The notes: a model not told the origin generated them from the sequence alone. DNA of 64,000 bases from an uncultured Sphingomonas sp. (GCF_902806285.1 NZ_CADCWA010000057.1:11079-75078); one strand, 5' to 3'. Positions 45,313 through 56,320 are shown, numbered from the stretch's first letter. Program-made: numbers and translations.

Positions 45313-47034
45313 TTGACAACGGCTGCAGAGGCCTGCCTGGCCAAGGCCGAGTGGCAGCGCGTCCTGTTCGCGCCGGTTCCACGACGCCTCGACATTCTCA
45401 AGCTTCGTCCGGACTGGCCCTTGCAGAGCCTGCGCCTGCGCGTTCACCGGAACCACGCCTTCGAGCCGGTCGCCAGCGTGCTTGCGAACTACCTTGCCTT
45501 TGCCGGGTACGCCTTGGAGGTCGGCTACAGTGCATATGATGACTCGGTATCGCTCACTACTCCGGGTCCTGCCGATGCCGAACTCATCTGGCTCGATTTC
45601 TCCCGGCTGTCCGCGATCGGGGGTTCGGGAAAGTTGGCGTTCTGGGCGTTGGACCGCGTCGAGGCGCTCCGCTCCAGAAGCGATGCACCCATCCTGTTCG
45701 CGGATGCGGTTGGGGATGTCCACGGCGCGGCCGAGTTCAACGCCGAGGTTCGACGCCTCACCGCCGATGTTCCCGACGTTCACATCTGCGATCTGGGGCA
45801 ACTGCACGCGCAACTGGGACCAGGGTTCTTCGACGATCGCGCGCTTGCCGCTTCGGGCACGAGAATGAGCAACGCGGCGTGTGTCCATACGGCTCGCCTC
45901 CTCGGTTCACGCTGGTTGCCCGCTGCGGTGGCGCCGCGCATCAAGGCGCTGGTTCTCGACCTCGACAACACATTGTACGATGGCGTCCTTGGCGAGGACG
46001 GGCCCGATGGTGTGCGCCTTACCGCGGTGCATGCCGCTCTCCAGCAACGCATCGTGGAACTCGGCCGGGAGGGAGTCTTCGTCGCGCTCTGCTCCCGCAA
46101 CGAACCCGGCGACGTCCAAGAGCTGTTCGCCGTTCGAACCGATTTCCCCCTTCGCCCCGAGCATGTCGCGGCCACCGAGGTAAGCTGGGCTCCGAAGGCG
46201 GAAGCGGTGCGGCGGATCGCGGCCAGTCTCCGGATCGGCACGGACGCGATCCTGTTCGTCGATGACAACCCGGGCGAGCTGGCTTCCGTCGCCGCCGCCG
46301 TTCCGGACGTACACACGCTCTACGCGGGCCCGACGGGCGAGGACTCGGTCGCTGCCCTCGAGTGGTACCCGCGCCTGTTCCGCTGGCGCGAGAATGAGGC
46401 GGACGCGCTGCGTGCCCGGGATCTCAGCAGCAGCCGCGCGCGGGAGAAGCTTGCTGCCGCAACGCCGGACAAGAGCGAGTATCTGCGCTCGCTCGGCGTG
46501 CGTCTGCAGTTCACGCGCAACGTCCGGCAGGAGTTCGAGCGGCTGGCGTCGCTGTCGAACAAGACCAACCAGTTCAACCTGTCGATGAACCGGTTTTCCC
46601 TGGTCGACCTCACCCGCTTCCTTGCCGCGCCCGAGACCAGCGCTATCGGCATCCGGCTGAGCGATCGGCTGTCCGACAGTGGGATCATCGCCGTCATGCT
46701 GACCCGGCGTGACGGGGAGGCGCTGGTGGTCGAGGAGTTCTGCATCAGCTGCCGCGCCCTCGGCCGGGACCTGGAGGACGTGATGGCGGCCGAGGCAATC
46801 AGCTGTGCTGCAGCCGAGCTGGATGGCATTCGCCACCTGAAGTTCCGCCCGGTGGTTGGGCCGCGCAACCAACCGGCTCGCGACTGGCTCGCCCGTTTCA
46901 CCGATGCGACCGAGCCTGACGCCGAGGGCTGGGTGACCGTCGCCTGGGACAGGAGTGCCGCCGATGAACTTGTTGCCCGTACGCCCGTGATCATCGAGCA
47001 CCCGGAACTTCAGCTGTCCGAGGAGCGGGCATGA
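45313..47034 (+). CDS. FkbH-like HAD-IIIC protein (glyceryl-ACP synthase-like)
   Basis: KALVLDLDNTLYDGVLGEDG, CSRN, W..KAE, FVDDNPGE, KTNQFNL, DRLSDSG, SCRALGR; TTG start with GGAG RBS. Confidence 0.88.
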   Translation: MTTAAEACLAKAEWQRVLFAPVPRRLDILKLRPDWPLQSLRLRVHRNHAFEPVASVLANYLAFAGYALEVGYSAYDDSVSLTTPGPADAELIWLDFSRLSAIGGSGKLAFWALDRVEALRSRSDAPILFADAVGDVHGAAEFNAEVRRLTADVPDVHICDLGQLHAQLGPGFFDDRALAASGTRMSNAACVHTARLLGSRWLPAAVAPRIKALVLDLDNTLYDGVLGEDGPDGVRLTAVHAALQQRIVELGREGVFVALCSRNEPGDVQELFAVRTDFPLRPEHVAATEVSWAPKAEAVRRIAASLRIGTDAILFVDDNPGELASVAAAVPDVHTLYAGPTGEDSVAALEWYPRLFRWRENEADALRARDLSSSRAREKLAAATPDKSEYLRSLGVRLQFTRNVRQEFERLASLSNKTNQFNLSMNRFSLVDLTRFLAAPETSAIGIRLSDRLSDSGIIAVMLTRRDGEALVVEEFCISCRALGRDLEDVMAAEAISCAAAELDGIRHLKFRPVVGPRNQPARDWLARFTDATEPDAEGWVTVAWDRSAADELVARTPVIIEHPELQLSEERA

Positions 47035-47282
47035 CCCGCGGCGAGGTTGAGACCATCGTTCGGGACATGTTGGGGATCGTGCTCAATCGCCCGATTGATC
47101 GGGCCGAGAGCCCTTCGCGGGAGACCGAAGAAGGCTGGGACTCCGTGCGCCACATCGAGCTGCTCTTCATGCTCGAGGAGGAATTCGGCTTCACCTTCAG
47201 CGAAGATGAGATGTCAGACCTGGATAGTTTCGGGGAGATCGTCGAGAAGGTGGTAGCCCGGACAGCGGACACGCACCAGTGA
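47031..47282 (+). CDS. Acyl carrier protein
   Basis: WDSVRHIELLFMLEEEFG phosphopantetheine motif; ATGA coupling to FkbH. Confidence 0.9.
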   Translation: MTRGEVETIVRDMLGIVLNRPIDRAESPSRETEEGWDSVRHIELLFMLEEEFGFTFSEDEMSDLDSFGEIVEKVVARTADTHQ

Positions 47283-48418
47283 GCGGTCCAGAAGAGCAAC
47301 TGCATACGCTTGCTCGGCGCGTGACCGACCGGCCCGAGCAATCCTTCTGTGTTCCCGGGTTAGCGGCGATCGTCGCGCCCGACGAGGGACCGATGACTTC
47401 CGTATTCCTCGGGGTCGATGGCGCTGGCAACGCCATCCGCGAGGATACACTCTTCCCGATAGCATCCGCTTCGAAGCTGGCACTCGGGCTCGCTGTGCTT
47501 CAGCTCGTTGACCGCGATGTCATCGCACTCGACGACCAGTTGAAGAAGTACCTGCCGGCCGCCGCCGCCGCCGACCCGGCTGTGACCCTGCGGTCGCTCC
47601 TTTCCCATACCAGCGGTCTCCCGCTGGAGTATGATCTGAGCTTAACTCCGTACAATGGCTCCATCGGCTGGGATCAGATCAGCCAGGCGTGCCTTGCCAC
47701 CTGCCTGGCCAGCCCTCCGAACAGCTGCGTTCAATACAGCAACGTCGGCTTTGCCTTGCTGGCGCTCGTGATCGAGCGCGTTACCGGCAAAGATTTTAAG
47801 CTTGTCTTGGAGGATAGTGTCTTCAGACCGCTCGGCGTTGAAGCATATATCGGTCGCTCTCCGCCCCGTCGCCCCGCTGTCGTTGTTGATATGAACAGCG
47901 ATTATGTTGGAACCGGGCTCGAGCCCTACAATAGCGAGTTCTGGTTCCACCTCGGCACACCTTGGGCGGGCATTTACACCACTGCGGCCGGCCTGTTGGC
48001 GCTCCTGCTGGCGTACACGAAATTGGAAGGCGGCATCATTTCGGGTGCGACGGCGCTGGAGGCAAGGCGTGACCAGACCCGGGGCCTTTCGGGTGGTTTC
48101 GCCTCAACCGACCCGTTTCTGGGGTTCAGGTCTTCGAACGCGATACGCTGGGAGCCATGCGCGTGGGGCCTCGGCCTCGAGCTCAAGGGAACCAAGCGCC
48201 CGCACTGGAGTCCACCGTCTGCCGCGCCGGACTCGTTCGGGCAAATCGGCGCTTCGGGATGCCTTGCGTGGTACGACCCGGCCCATCGGGTGGGATGGGT
48301 GGCCCTGGCTCCACGCACGACCGACAACGGGTGGCTGCTCCGTCATGGCTCCAACCTTGGCAAGATTGCGTTGTCCGCAGGGAACCAGGGAAGTGCGTCG
48401 TCCAGCGATCCAGGCTAG
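47279..48418 (+). CDS. Cytoplasmic SxxK serine hydrolase/transesterase (beta-lactamase family)
   Basis: FPIASASK, LLSHTSGL, YSN; no signal peptide; GTGA coupling to the ACP gene. Confidence 0.85.
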   Translation: MSGPEEQLHTLARRVTDRPEQSFCVPGLAAIVAPDEGPMTSVFLGVDGAGNAIREDTLFPIASASKLALGLAVLQLVDRDVIALDDQLKKYLPAAAAADPAVTLRSLLSHTSGLPLEYDLSLTPYNGSIGWDQISQACLATCLASPPNSCVQYSNVGFALLALVIERVTGKDFKLVLEDSVFRPLGVEAYIGRSPPRRPAVVVDMNSDYVGTGLEPYNSEFWFHLGTPWAGIYTTAAGLLALLLAYTKLEGGIISGATALEARRDQTRGLSGGFASTDPFLGFRSSNAIRWEPCAWGLGLELKGTKRPHWSPPSAAPDSFGQIGASGCLAWYDPAHRVGWVALAPRTTDNGWLLRHGSNLGKIALSAGNQGSASSSDPG

Positions 48419-48715
48419 TCGACGGTCGGGTGGCGTAGGTCAACGGTATTCGCTGGGCAGGCTGACTGTTGGAACGCAAGCATTTAGGTAGATGGCGCCT
48501 GCCGGGCTCAAGCAATCGCGCAATCTTGTCCCACGTTAACGAAATAATTACCTCTCGCTTAATGGACTAAGCGTCCCGAGTGGCGCACCATTGCTCCCGA
48601 GTCGGGTTCATGGCTGCCGGCAGTCGACAGCCGTGGGCGGCTCCAGACAATGCGGGGCGCAGATGGCAGGCGGCAAGGGTGGCCATCTCCGCGCGACGCG
48701 AACGGGGATGGCATC

Positions 48716-51088
48716 ATGGTGAAATTATCAGCTATAAAGTCGCTCTACCACAAGGGCAGCAAGGGAAGCGACCTGCTGGTCGGCGGTAACGGAGCCGACA
48801 TGATAAAGGGAAAACACGGCGACGATGTCCTGATCGGCCGGGGCGGCGGAGACATGCTGACGGGCGGCCACGGGGCGGACAGCTTTAAATACTTCAGCTT
48901 CGGCGACTCCCGCGGCCGGCACATCGACCTGATCACCGATTTCGACGCCGGCGAAGGCGACAAGGTCGATCTCAGGCCGCTCGGCACCGCCACCCTCCAG
49001 CCATCGTACAATGCGGCCCTTGGGACGCTCCAGGCGGTGTTCACCTACGATGCAGGGACGGACCGCACGACGCTCTCCTACTTGCAGGGATCGAGCACGC
49101 CGGTCTTTCAGGTCCAGTTCAAGGGCGAGGTCCGCTATTCCGCCGACGCGTTCCTCGGGATCGTCCGTCCGGCCGGGCCGACCGAGGGCAACGACAAGCT
49201 GACCGGCACGGCGGGCAACGATACCGTTGATCTGCTTGGCGGAAACGACAGCTACGATGGCCTGGGCGGCAACGACACCATCCGCGGCGGCGCGGGCAAC
49301 GACCTGCTGCGGGGTGGTTCCAACGACGACACCATCTTTGGCGGGCAAGGCAACGACACGATCATCGGCGGCACGCACGGCGACAATCTCCATGGCGGCA
49401 CGGGAGCGGACAGGTTCGTTTACCTAGAACAGGCGGACTCCGCGCCCTATCTGGGGCCCAACTCCGGCGTCGACCGCATCCACGACTTCAACTCGGCGCA
49501 AGGCGACAAGATCGACCTGACCGCGCTGGCGCCGAACGGCTTCTACCTGGACGACAGTTTCCGCACCGACCTAGTCGCGTCGGGCAAGGGGCAGATCATC
49601 CTGACCCAAAGCAGCGACGGAACCTATCTGCTGAGGATCTTCCTTCCGGGCGACCGGAGGGAGGACATGCATATCGTCCTGAACACGAGTGTCACGGCCG
49701 GTGACTTCCTGGGCGTGGAGAAGGCGCCGCCGCCGGTCCCCACCGAAGGGTATGACGATCTGATCGGCACGTCCGGCGACGACACGATCGATCTGCTTGG
49801 CGGCAGCGACATCTACGACGGCCTGGCCGGGAACGACACGATCAACGGCGGTGGCGGGGACGACACGCTATTTGGCGGCATCGGTAACGATTATCTGCGG
49901 GGTGATGCCGATAACGACCGTCTGGTGGGCGGTCCGGGCAACGACTATCTGCAGGGCTTCGAGGGTTCCGATGTGCTGACCGGCGGCACGGGGGCGGATA
50001 CCTTCTGGTACCCCTGGCTATACAACGTCGGCGATGTCGACACCATTACGGACTTCAACCGCGCGGAAGGCGACAAGATCGACCTGTGGAGCTCCCGCGT
50101 CGGCAGGTTCGCCAATCTTGGATGGGTGCTGGTCGACGATGCGTTCAGTCCGGCAGCCGATGCGAACCACGACGCAGGACAGATCGTGCAGGTGGCCAAC
50201 AGCGACGGCACCTACACGTTGAGCTTCTACTACTCGAACCAGACCAGCCCGTCGTTCAAGATCATCGTCAACACCAAGCTGATCCCCAGCGACTTCCTCG
50301 GTGACAATTGGGTCCAGTATCCCGCGAGCCCGACGGAAGGTGCGGACAGTTTCGTCGGGTTCAATGGCAGCGACCGCATCGACTTGCTGGGCGGCGACGA
50401 CGTTTATGACGGCTTGTCCGGCAATGATGAGATCGTTGGCGGGGCTGGTAACGACACGCTTCGCGGCGGCAATCCGATCGGCACGACCATCGGCGGGAGC
50501 AGGATCGAGGGCGGCAGCGGGAACGACCTGTTGATCGCCGGGAGCGGTCAGGACGTTCTTTACGGCGGAACGGGCGCCGACCGGCTGTTCGGCGGCGACG
50601 GCGGGGATCTGCTGGTCGGCGAAGATGGCGACGACACGCTGTCCGGCGGCTTGGGCGGCGATTACCTCAGCGGCCAAGGTGGCGCGGATACGTACCTCTA
50701 CTCTCACATCGGGGAGTCGCCCGTCGCTACCTCGAGCGGACCCCTGCGGTTCCCGCTCGACTTCGGTTACGGTCAGCCCGATACCATCTTCGGTTTCGAT
50801 CCTGCCGCCGGAGATGTGATCGACCTGCGTCAGCTCGACACTGACTTGGCGACAGCAGGGGTCCAGACCGCCGCCTGGACCTTCACCGGCAGCGCTTATG
50901 ATTCCAGTGTCGGGGGCGCGCAGATAACTTTGACGCTCGGAACCATCTACACTTACGATACCACCGGCACCGCTTACCCGCAGGCCGGAACGACCCTGTC
51001 ACTTTACCTCGACGACGGCGATGCGATCGCCGACTTCCAGATCCAACTGACGGGCTCGCACACAACCGTTCAAGGGATCCTATGGTAG
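48716..51088 (+). CDS. Modular RTX/hemolysin-type calcium-binding secreted protein
   Basis: Many GGxGxDxLx nonapeptides and repeated DTITDF..AEGDKIDL modules; no Sec signal. Confidence 0.88.
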   Translation: MVKLSAIKSLYHKGSKGSDLLVGGNGADMIKGKHGDDVLIGRGGGDMLTGGHGADSFKYFSFGDSRGRHIDLITDFDAGEGDKVDLRPLGTATLQPSYNAALGTLQAVFTYDAGTDRTTLSYLQGSSTPVFQVQFKGEVRYSADAFLGIVRPAGPTEGNDKLTGTAGNDTVDLLGGNDSYDGLGGNDTIRGGAGNDLLRGGSNDDTIFGGQGNDTIIGGTHGDNLHGGTGADRFVYLEQADSAPYLGPNSGVDRIHDFNSAQGDKIDLTALAPNGFYLDDSFRTDLVASGKGQIILTQSSDGTYLLRIFLPGDRREDMHIVLNTSVTAGDFLGVEKAPPPVPTEGYDDLIGTSGDDTIDLLGGSDIYDGLAGNDTINGGGGDDTLFGGIGNDYLRGDADNDRLVGGPGNDYLQGFEGSDVLTGGTGADTFWYPWLYNVGDVDTITDFNRAEGDKIDLWSSRVGRFANLGWVLVDDAFSPAADANHDAGQIVQVANSDGTYTLSFYYSNQTSPSFKIIVNTKLIPSDFLGDNWVQYPASPTEGADSFVGFNGSDRIDLLGGDDVYDGLSGNDEIVGGAGNDTLRGGNPIGTTIGGSRIEGGSGNDLLIAGSGQDVLYGGTGADRLFGGDGGDLLVGEDGDDTLSGGLGGDYLSGQGGADTYLYSHIGESPVATSSGPLRFPLDFGYGQPDTIFGFDPAAGDVIDLRQLDTDLATAGVQTAAWTFTGSAYDSSVGGAQITLTLGTIYTYDTTGTAYPQAGTTLSLYLDDGDAIADFQIQLTGSHTTVQGILW

Positions 51089-51150
51089 TTTCGGGCTCAA
51101 GCTGATGAGCGCCGATCGTCCGGGAAGGCGCGCCGATCGGCCCGGAGCTT

Positions 51151-52737
51151 CTACTCCGCCGTGGCCAGCGCTTCCCCGATCAGCCGGCGGCTGTTGTCGA
51201 CGCCGTAGAGCGCGATGAAGCTGCCCATCCGCGGGCCCTGGCTGCTGCCGAGCAGCGTTTCGTAGAGCGCTTGGAACCAGTGGCGGAGGCTCTCGAACGG
51301 GTGGCGTTTGCCGATCTCGAAGACTTCGGTCTGGATGTCCTCCGCGGTGGCGTCCTCCGGCAATTGGGCGAGGTGGGCGTCGAGCTCCCGGAGAGCATCC
51401 ACCTCGCGGCCGGCGGGCGGGCGGCGCTGCAACGTGGGCATGACGAAGTCGCGGGCGTAGTTGACGGCGAGGCCGATCAGCTCGTCCAGCTCCGGGTTCG
51501 CCGCGGGCGAGCAAGCGGGAGCGTAGCGCCGGACGAAGCGCCAGGCGGTGGCCTTGTCCTGCACGCCCGGCAGGCTGGTCAGGTTGAGCAGTAGGCCGAA
51601 GCCGACGGGCAGGCTGTACGGTTCAGGCACTTGGCCGGCATGGATGTGGTGGACGGGGTTGCCGAGGCGCTGCTCGAGCGGCTGGTCGGGCCACTTCTCG
51701 CGAAATTGCCAATATTCGTCGACGGCGCGCGGAACCAGGCCCAAGTGGAGGCTCTTGGCCTTCCTGGGCTCGCGGTAAAGGTAGAACTCCAGGCTCTTCT
51801 CGCTGCCGTAGGTGAGCCATTCCTCCAGGCTGAGGCCGTTGCCCTTGGACTTGCTGATCTTCTCGCCGCGCTCGTCCAGGAACATCTCGTAATTGAAGCC
51901 TTCGGGCGGCCGCCCGCCGACGGTGCGCGCAATCTTGCCCGACTGGATCGTCGAGTCGATCAGGTCCTTGCCGGCCATCTCATAGTCGACCCCAAGCGCC
52001 ACCCAGCGCATCGCCCAGTCGACCTTCCACTGGAGCTTGGCGCGCCCGCCGAGCGCGGACTGGGTGACCTCCGCGCCGTCTTCGTCGGTGAAGGCGATCG
52101 TGCCGGCCTCCGCATCGACCACCCGGACCGGCACTTGTAGAACTCGGCCAGTGGTGGGGGAAATCGGGAGGATCGGCGAGTAGGTCTGGCGGCGCTCCTC
52201 GCGCAGAGTGGGGAGCATGATAGCGAGAATGTCGTCGAAGCGGCGGAGGATCTCGCGCAGGGTCTCGTCGAAGCGGCCGCTCCTGTAGCACTCGGTGGCG
52301 CTGAGGAACTGATAATCGAAGCCGAAGCGGTCGAGGAAGCGGCGCAGCATGGCGTTATTGTGGTGGGCGAAGCTTTCGTGTTCGCCGAAGGGATCGGGGA
52401 CCTGGGTGAGCGGGCGGCCGAGATGCTCGCGCAGCATTTCGGGATTGGGGACGTTGTCGGGGACCTTACGCAGGCCGTCCAGATCGTCGCTGAAGGCAAT
52501 CAGCGTGGTCGGCGCGCCGCCGGTGAGCGTTTCGTACCCACGGCGGACCCAGGTCGTGCGGAGGACTTCGGTGAAGGTGCCGATGTGGGGGAGGCCGGAG
52601 GGGCCGTAGCCGGTTTCGAATACCATCGGCGCGCCGTTGGGCTTGCCGTTTGGCCAGCGCCCCAGCAGCTTGCGCGCTTCCTCGAACGGCCAGGCCTTGG
52701 AGGTGAGGGCGGCGGCGCGAAGCGGGTCGTCGGTCAT
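51151..52737 (-). CDS. lysS: Class I lysyl-tRNA synthetase
   Basis: FETGYGPSGLPHIGTF, KLQWKVDW.MRW, GKDL, KISKSKGN, GPRMGSF. Confidence 0.95.
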   Translation of the reverse strand: MTDDPLRAAALTSKAWPFEEARKLLGRWPNGKPNGAPMVFETGYGPSGLPHIGTFTEVLRTTWVRRGYETLTGGAPTTLIAFSDDLDGLRKVPDNVPNPEMLREHLGRPLTQVPDPFGEHESFAHHNNAMLRRFLDRFGFDYQFLSATECYRSGRFDETLREILRRFDDILAIMLPTLREERRQTYSPILPISPTTGRVLQVPVRVVDAEAGTIAFTDEDGAEVTQSALGGRAKLQWKVDWAMRWVALGVDYEMAGKDLIDSTIQSGKIARTVGGRPPEGFNYEMFLDERGEKISKSKGNGLSLEEWLTYGSEKSLEFYLYREPRKAKSLHLGLVPRAVDEYWQFREKWPDQPLEQRLGNPVHHIHAGQVPEPYSLPVGFGLLLNLTSLPGVQDKATAWRFVRRYAPACSPAANPELDELIGLAVNYARDFVMPTLQRRPPAGREVDALRELDAHLAQLPEDATAEDIQTEVFEIGKRHPFESLRHWFQALYETLLGSSQGPRMGSFIALYGVDNSRRLIGEALATAE

Positions 52738-52780
52738 GCGGCGCGCTGTTGCCCGTGGTGGGGCGCAAGGCAAGAACCTT

Positions 52781-52921
52781 GTACCCCGGCGAAGGGACCC
52801 CATCGAAGTAGTACTTCGACGGGATCCAAGGCCGGGGTCCAGCCCGAGCGTAAGCTCGGGTTGTGGAGGAAGACGACAGGCTGCGTTGCAGCCTCTTGGG
52901 CCCCGGCCTGGGCTGGGGTGC
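52781..52921. repeat. Composite REP with nested hairpins in the lysS/dinG divergent region
   Basis: ACCCCGGCGAAG[..TCGAAGTAGTACTTCGA..]GGCCGGGGTCCAG ... GGCCCCGGCC..GCTGGGGT. Confidence 0.6.
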
Positions 52922-52958
52922 TGTTGCCATTCTGTTCTTAATATCGCATCTCTGCAAC

Positions 52959-55682
52959 GTGACCTCCGTCCGCCTTCCCGCGCTGCACGCAAGCCACGCC
53001 GGCATCTGGATCGCCGGCGCGGACGGAGCCGTGCGCGGGGTCGGGCGTGGCGAGGCCATCGCGCGCTTGGCCGAGACGCCGCACATCCTGTTGAACGCGC
53101 CGCTGGTCGGGCAGCGGCTGGGCTATGGCGAAGTAAGCGGGCTCGACCTGTTGGAGCTGTTCGCCTTCGTGCATCCGGCGTGCTTCGCGGTGCCCACGGT
53201 AGCAGGCATGGCGCGGGCGGCGGGACTGGAGGTGCCGGCGAGTGAGGCCGAGTTTGCGCCCGCGCTGCAGGCGATTGCCGGACGGTTGCTGGAGGTGCTG
53301 GCCGGCGAGTGGCCGGAGCAAGAGGGCGCGTGGACCAGCAACGCGACTCTCCATCGCCTGGGCTGGGGCTGGGCCGGGCTGGTCGGGCAGCAATTGCGGC
53401 GCCCGGAGCGGGCCGAGCGGATGCTGTTCTCGCGGCTGGCTACTTGGGAGGAGAGCAACGAGCGCCCGCCGCCGCGGACGGTGCGGATCGATGCCGAAGA
53501 AGCGCAGGAGCGCTTGACGGCACTGACCGGAGAGGGCGCCGAGCTGCGCAAGGGCCAGCGGGCGCTGGCCGGTGCGGTCGCGGGCATGTTCGCACCGCGC
53601 GCAAGCCGGGATGCGCCCAACCTGTTGCTGGCGGAGGCGGGCACGGGCATCGGCAAGACGCTCGGCTATCTGGCGCCGGCAAGCCTGTGGGCCGAGCGGG
53701 CGGGCGGGGCGGTGTGGGTATCGACCTATACCAAGGCGCTGCAGCGGCAGCTGGATGCGGAAGGGCCGCGGCTCCATGCCGACCCGGAGACACGCAAGCG
53801 GCGGATCGTGGTGCGCAAGGGGCGCGAGAACTATCTGTGCCTGCTCAACCTGGAGGATGCGCTGCAGGGCGCCTTCAGCGGGCGCGCGGCGGTGCTGGCG
53901 CAGCTGGTCGGGCGCTGGGCGGCCTATACCAAGGACGGGGACATGGTGGGGGGCGACCTGCCGGGCTGGCTGCCGAGCCTGTTCCGCCGGGCGGGCGCGA
54001 CGGCGCTGACCGACCGGCGCGGCGAGTGCGTCTATGCCGGCTGCCCGCACTATCGCCGCTGCTTCATCGAGCGGGCCGAGCGGGCCAGCCGCGACGCCGA
54101 CCTAGTGATTGCCAACCACGCGCTGGTGATGGTCAACGCCGCCCGCGCCCGGATGAGCCGGCCGCCCGAGCGGATCGTGTTCGATGAAGGACATCATCTG
54201 TTCGACGCGGCGGACTCGACCTTCGCCGTCGCGCTGACGGGGCAGGAAACGATCGAGCTTCGCCGCTGGATCGTCGGGCCGGAGAAGAGCTCGCGAGGGC
54301 GGCGGCGGGGCTTGTCGGCGCGGCTGATGGATGTGGCGAGCTACGACGACCAGGGGGGCGCTGCGCTGGAGTCGGCGGTCGAGGCGGCGCGGGCGCTGCC
54401 CTCCGACGGGTGGCTCGGGCGCATCGCGGAGGGTGCGCCGTTCGGGCCGGTGGAGCGGCTGCTCAGCCAGGTGCGCGGGACGGTGTACGCCCGGGCGCGG
54501 GCGCAAGACGCGGGCTACGGACTGGAAACCGAGTTGGCCGAGCCCGACGGCGAGCTAGTCGCTGCCGCAGCGGGTGCGCTGGAGGCGTTGGAGGCGCTGC
54601 AGAAGCCGCTGACCGCGCTCGGGCGACGGCTGGAAGCGGTGCTCGAAGATGCGCCGGACTGGCTGGACGCCGCGGCGCGGGCTCGGGTGGAGGGCGCGAT
54701 CGCCGGCCTGACCTGGCGCGGCGGAGCGCTGGCGGCCTGGTGCCAGCTGCTGGCCAGGATCGGCGGTGCGGCCGATCCCGAGTTCGTCGACTGGCTGAGC
54801 GTGGACCGGGTCGAGGGCCGCGAGTTCGACATCGGCATCCAGCGCCGCTGGCTCGACCCGACGCGACCATTGGCGGCAACCGTGCTGGCGCCCGCGCATG
54901 GCGTGCTGGTGACCTCCGCGACGCTGCGCGGCGGGGGCGAGGACTGGGCGGCGGCGGAAGCGCGGACGGGCGCGCTGCACCTGGCGCGGCCGGCGGAGCG
55001 GTTCGAGGCGGCGAGCCCGTTCGATTACGCCAGCTCCGCCGAAGTGCTGATCGTCACCGACATCGGCCGCAACGACCTGCCCGCGCTGGCCGGAGCCTAT
55101 GCCCGGCTGATCGAGGCGGCGGGCGGCGGCACGCTGGGGCTGTTCACCGCGGTGCAGCGGCTGAAGGCGGTGCATGCGCGGATTGCGGACCGGCTGGCGC
55201 GCGAGGGCCTGCCGCTGCTCGCCCAGCATGTCGATCCGATCGACACGGGCACGCTGGTGGATATCTTCCGCGACGATCCGCGCTCCAGCCTGCTCGGCAC
55301 CGACGCGTTGCGCGACGGGGTGGACGTGCCGGGCGAGTCGCTGCGGCTGGTGGTGATGGAGCGTGTGCCCTGGCCGCGCCCGACGGTGCTGCATGGCGCC
55401 CGGCGCATGGCGTGTGGCGGGTCGGGCTACGACGACCGGGTCGTCAAGGCGCGGCTGGCGCAGGCGTTCGGCCGGCTGATCCGCCGGCAGGGCGACCGGG
55501 GCAGGTTCGTGATCCTGTCGGCCGCCTGCCCGTCGCGGCTGCTCACCGCTTTTCCGCCGGGGGTTCCCGTGCGGCGGGTTACGCTGAACGAAGCGATCGA
55601 GCGGGTCGGGGCGAGCTCACTCCTCGAGCGCGCTGACGAGCTGCTCCCGCAGGCGGCGGAGGTCGTCGGCGGACACGCTTGA
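52959..55682 (+). CDS. dinG: DinG-family ATP-dependent DNA helicase
   Basis: [21 protein letters not shown], Fe-S Cys, [28 protein letters not shown]; start uncertain. Confidence 0.88.
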   Translation: MTSVRLPALHASHAGIWIAGADGAVRGVGRGEAIARLAETPHILLNAPLVGQRLGYGEVSGLDLLELFAFVHPACFAVPTVAGMARAAGLEVPASEAEFAPALQAIAGRLLEVLAGEWPEQEGAWTSNATLHRLGWGWAGLVGQQLRRPERAERMLFSRLATWEESNERPPPRTVRIDAEEAQERLTALTGEGAELRKGQRALAGAVAGMFAPRASRDAPNLLLAEAGTGIGKTLGYLAPASLWAERAGGAVWVSTYTKALQRQLDAEGPRLHADPETRKRRIVVRKGRENYLCLLNLEDALQGAFSGRAAVLAQLVGRWAAYTKDGDMVGGDLPGWLPSLFRRAGATALTDRRGECVYAGCPHYRRCFIERAERASRDADLVIANHALVMVNAARARMSRPPERIVFDEGHHLFDAADSTFAVALTGQETIELRRWIVGPEKSSRGRRRGLSARLMDVASYDDQGGAALESAVEAARALPSDGWLGRIAEGAPFGPVERLLSQVRGTVYARARAQDAGYGLETELAEPDGELVAAAAGALEALEALQKPLTALGRRLEAVLEDAPDWLDAAARARVEGAIAGLTWRGGALAAWCQLLARIGGAADPEFVDWLSVDRVEGREFDIGIQRRWLDPTRPLAATVLAPAHGVLVTSATLRGGGEDWAAAEARTGALHLARPAERFEAASPFDYASSAEVLIVTDIGRNDLPALAGAYARLIEAAGGGTLGLFTAVQRLKAVHARIADRLAREGLPLLAQHVDPIDTGTLVDIFRDDPRSSLLGTDALRDGVDVPGESLRLVVMERVPWPRPTVLHGARRMACGGSGYDDRVVKARLAQAFGRLIRRQGDRGRFVILSAACPSRLLTAFPPGVPVRRVTLNEAIERVGASSLLERADELLPQAAEVVGGHA

Positions 55683-55970
55683 CCCCTCGCCGTCCAGCAG
55701 CAGCCCCGGCCCGTCGGTCACGTCCACCTGGCCGTCGCGGAGCAGCTTCTGCACGCCGCGCACCGTATAGCCCTCCTCGGCCAGCAGCTGGTGGATGCGC
55801 CGGGCGAGCTCAACATCGGCCGGGCGATAGTAGCGGCGGTTGCCCGCGCGCTGCAGCGGCTTCAGCGGGAACTTGGACTCCCAGTAGCGCAGGACGTGCT
55901 GCGGGACGCCGAGCTCTTCGGAGAGTTCGCCGATGGTCCGGAAGGCGTCTGGCGCCTTGCTGCCGGCCAC
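55617..55970 (-). CDS. MerR-family transcriptional regulator
   Basis: [33 protein letters not shown]; usual position downstream of ihfA. Confidence 0.9.
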   Translation of the reverse strand: MAGSKAPDAFRTIGELSEELGVPQHVLRYWESKFPLKPLQRAGNRRYYRPADVELARRIHQLLAEEGYTVRGVQKLLRDGQVDVTDGPGLLLDGEGSSVSADDLRRLREQLVSALEE

Positions 55971-55984
55971 CGCGCGACCGTGCC

Positions 55985-56320
55985 TTAGCCGCGCGCGACC
56001 TTGTCGCGCATGGTCTGGCTGGCGCGGAAGGTCATCACCCGGCGCGGCGCGATCGGCACTTCGACGCCCGTCTTGGGGTTGCGGCCGACCCGCTCGCCCT
56101 TGTCGCGCAGGACAAAGCTGCCGAAGCCGGAAATCTTGACGTTCTCGCCCGTGGAAAGCGCCGCGCACATATGGTGCAGCAAGCGTTCGACCATGCCGGC
56201 CGACTCGGCGCGGGACAGGCCGAGCCTGCGGTGGACCACATCGCTGAGGTCCGCCCTGGTCAGCGTTCCGCTTTGCGCTTCCTTGAACTGCCCGTTCCGG
56301 GCCACACCGGCATCGGCCAT
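55985..56320 (-). CDS. ihfA: Integration host factor alpha subunit
   Basis: [43 protein letters not shown]. Confidence 0.93.
   Translation of the reverse strand: MADAGVARNGQFKEAQSGTLTRADLSDVVHRRLGLSRAESAGMVERLLHHMCAALSTGENVKISGFGSFVLRDKGERVGRNPKTGVEVPIAPRRVMTFRASQTMRDKVARG

Noticed and set aside
48581-48595. Possible sigma54 promoter TGGCGC..TTGCT upstream of the RTX gene
   Set aside because: GG-to-GC spacing is 9 nt instead of the required 10
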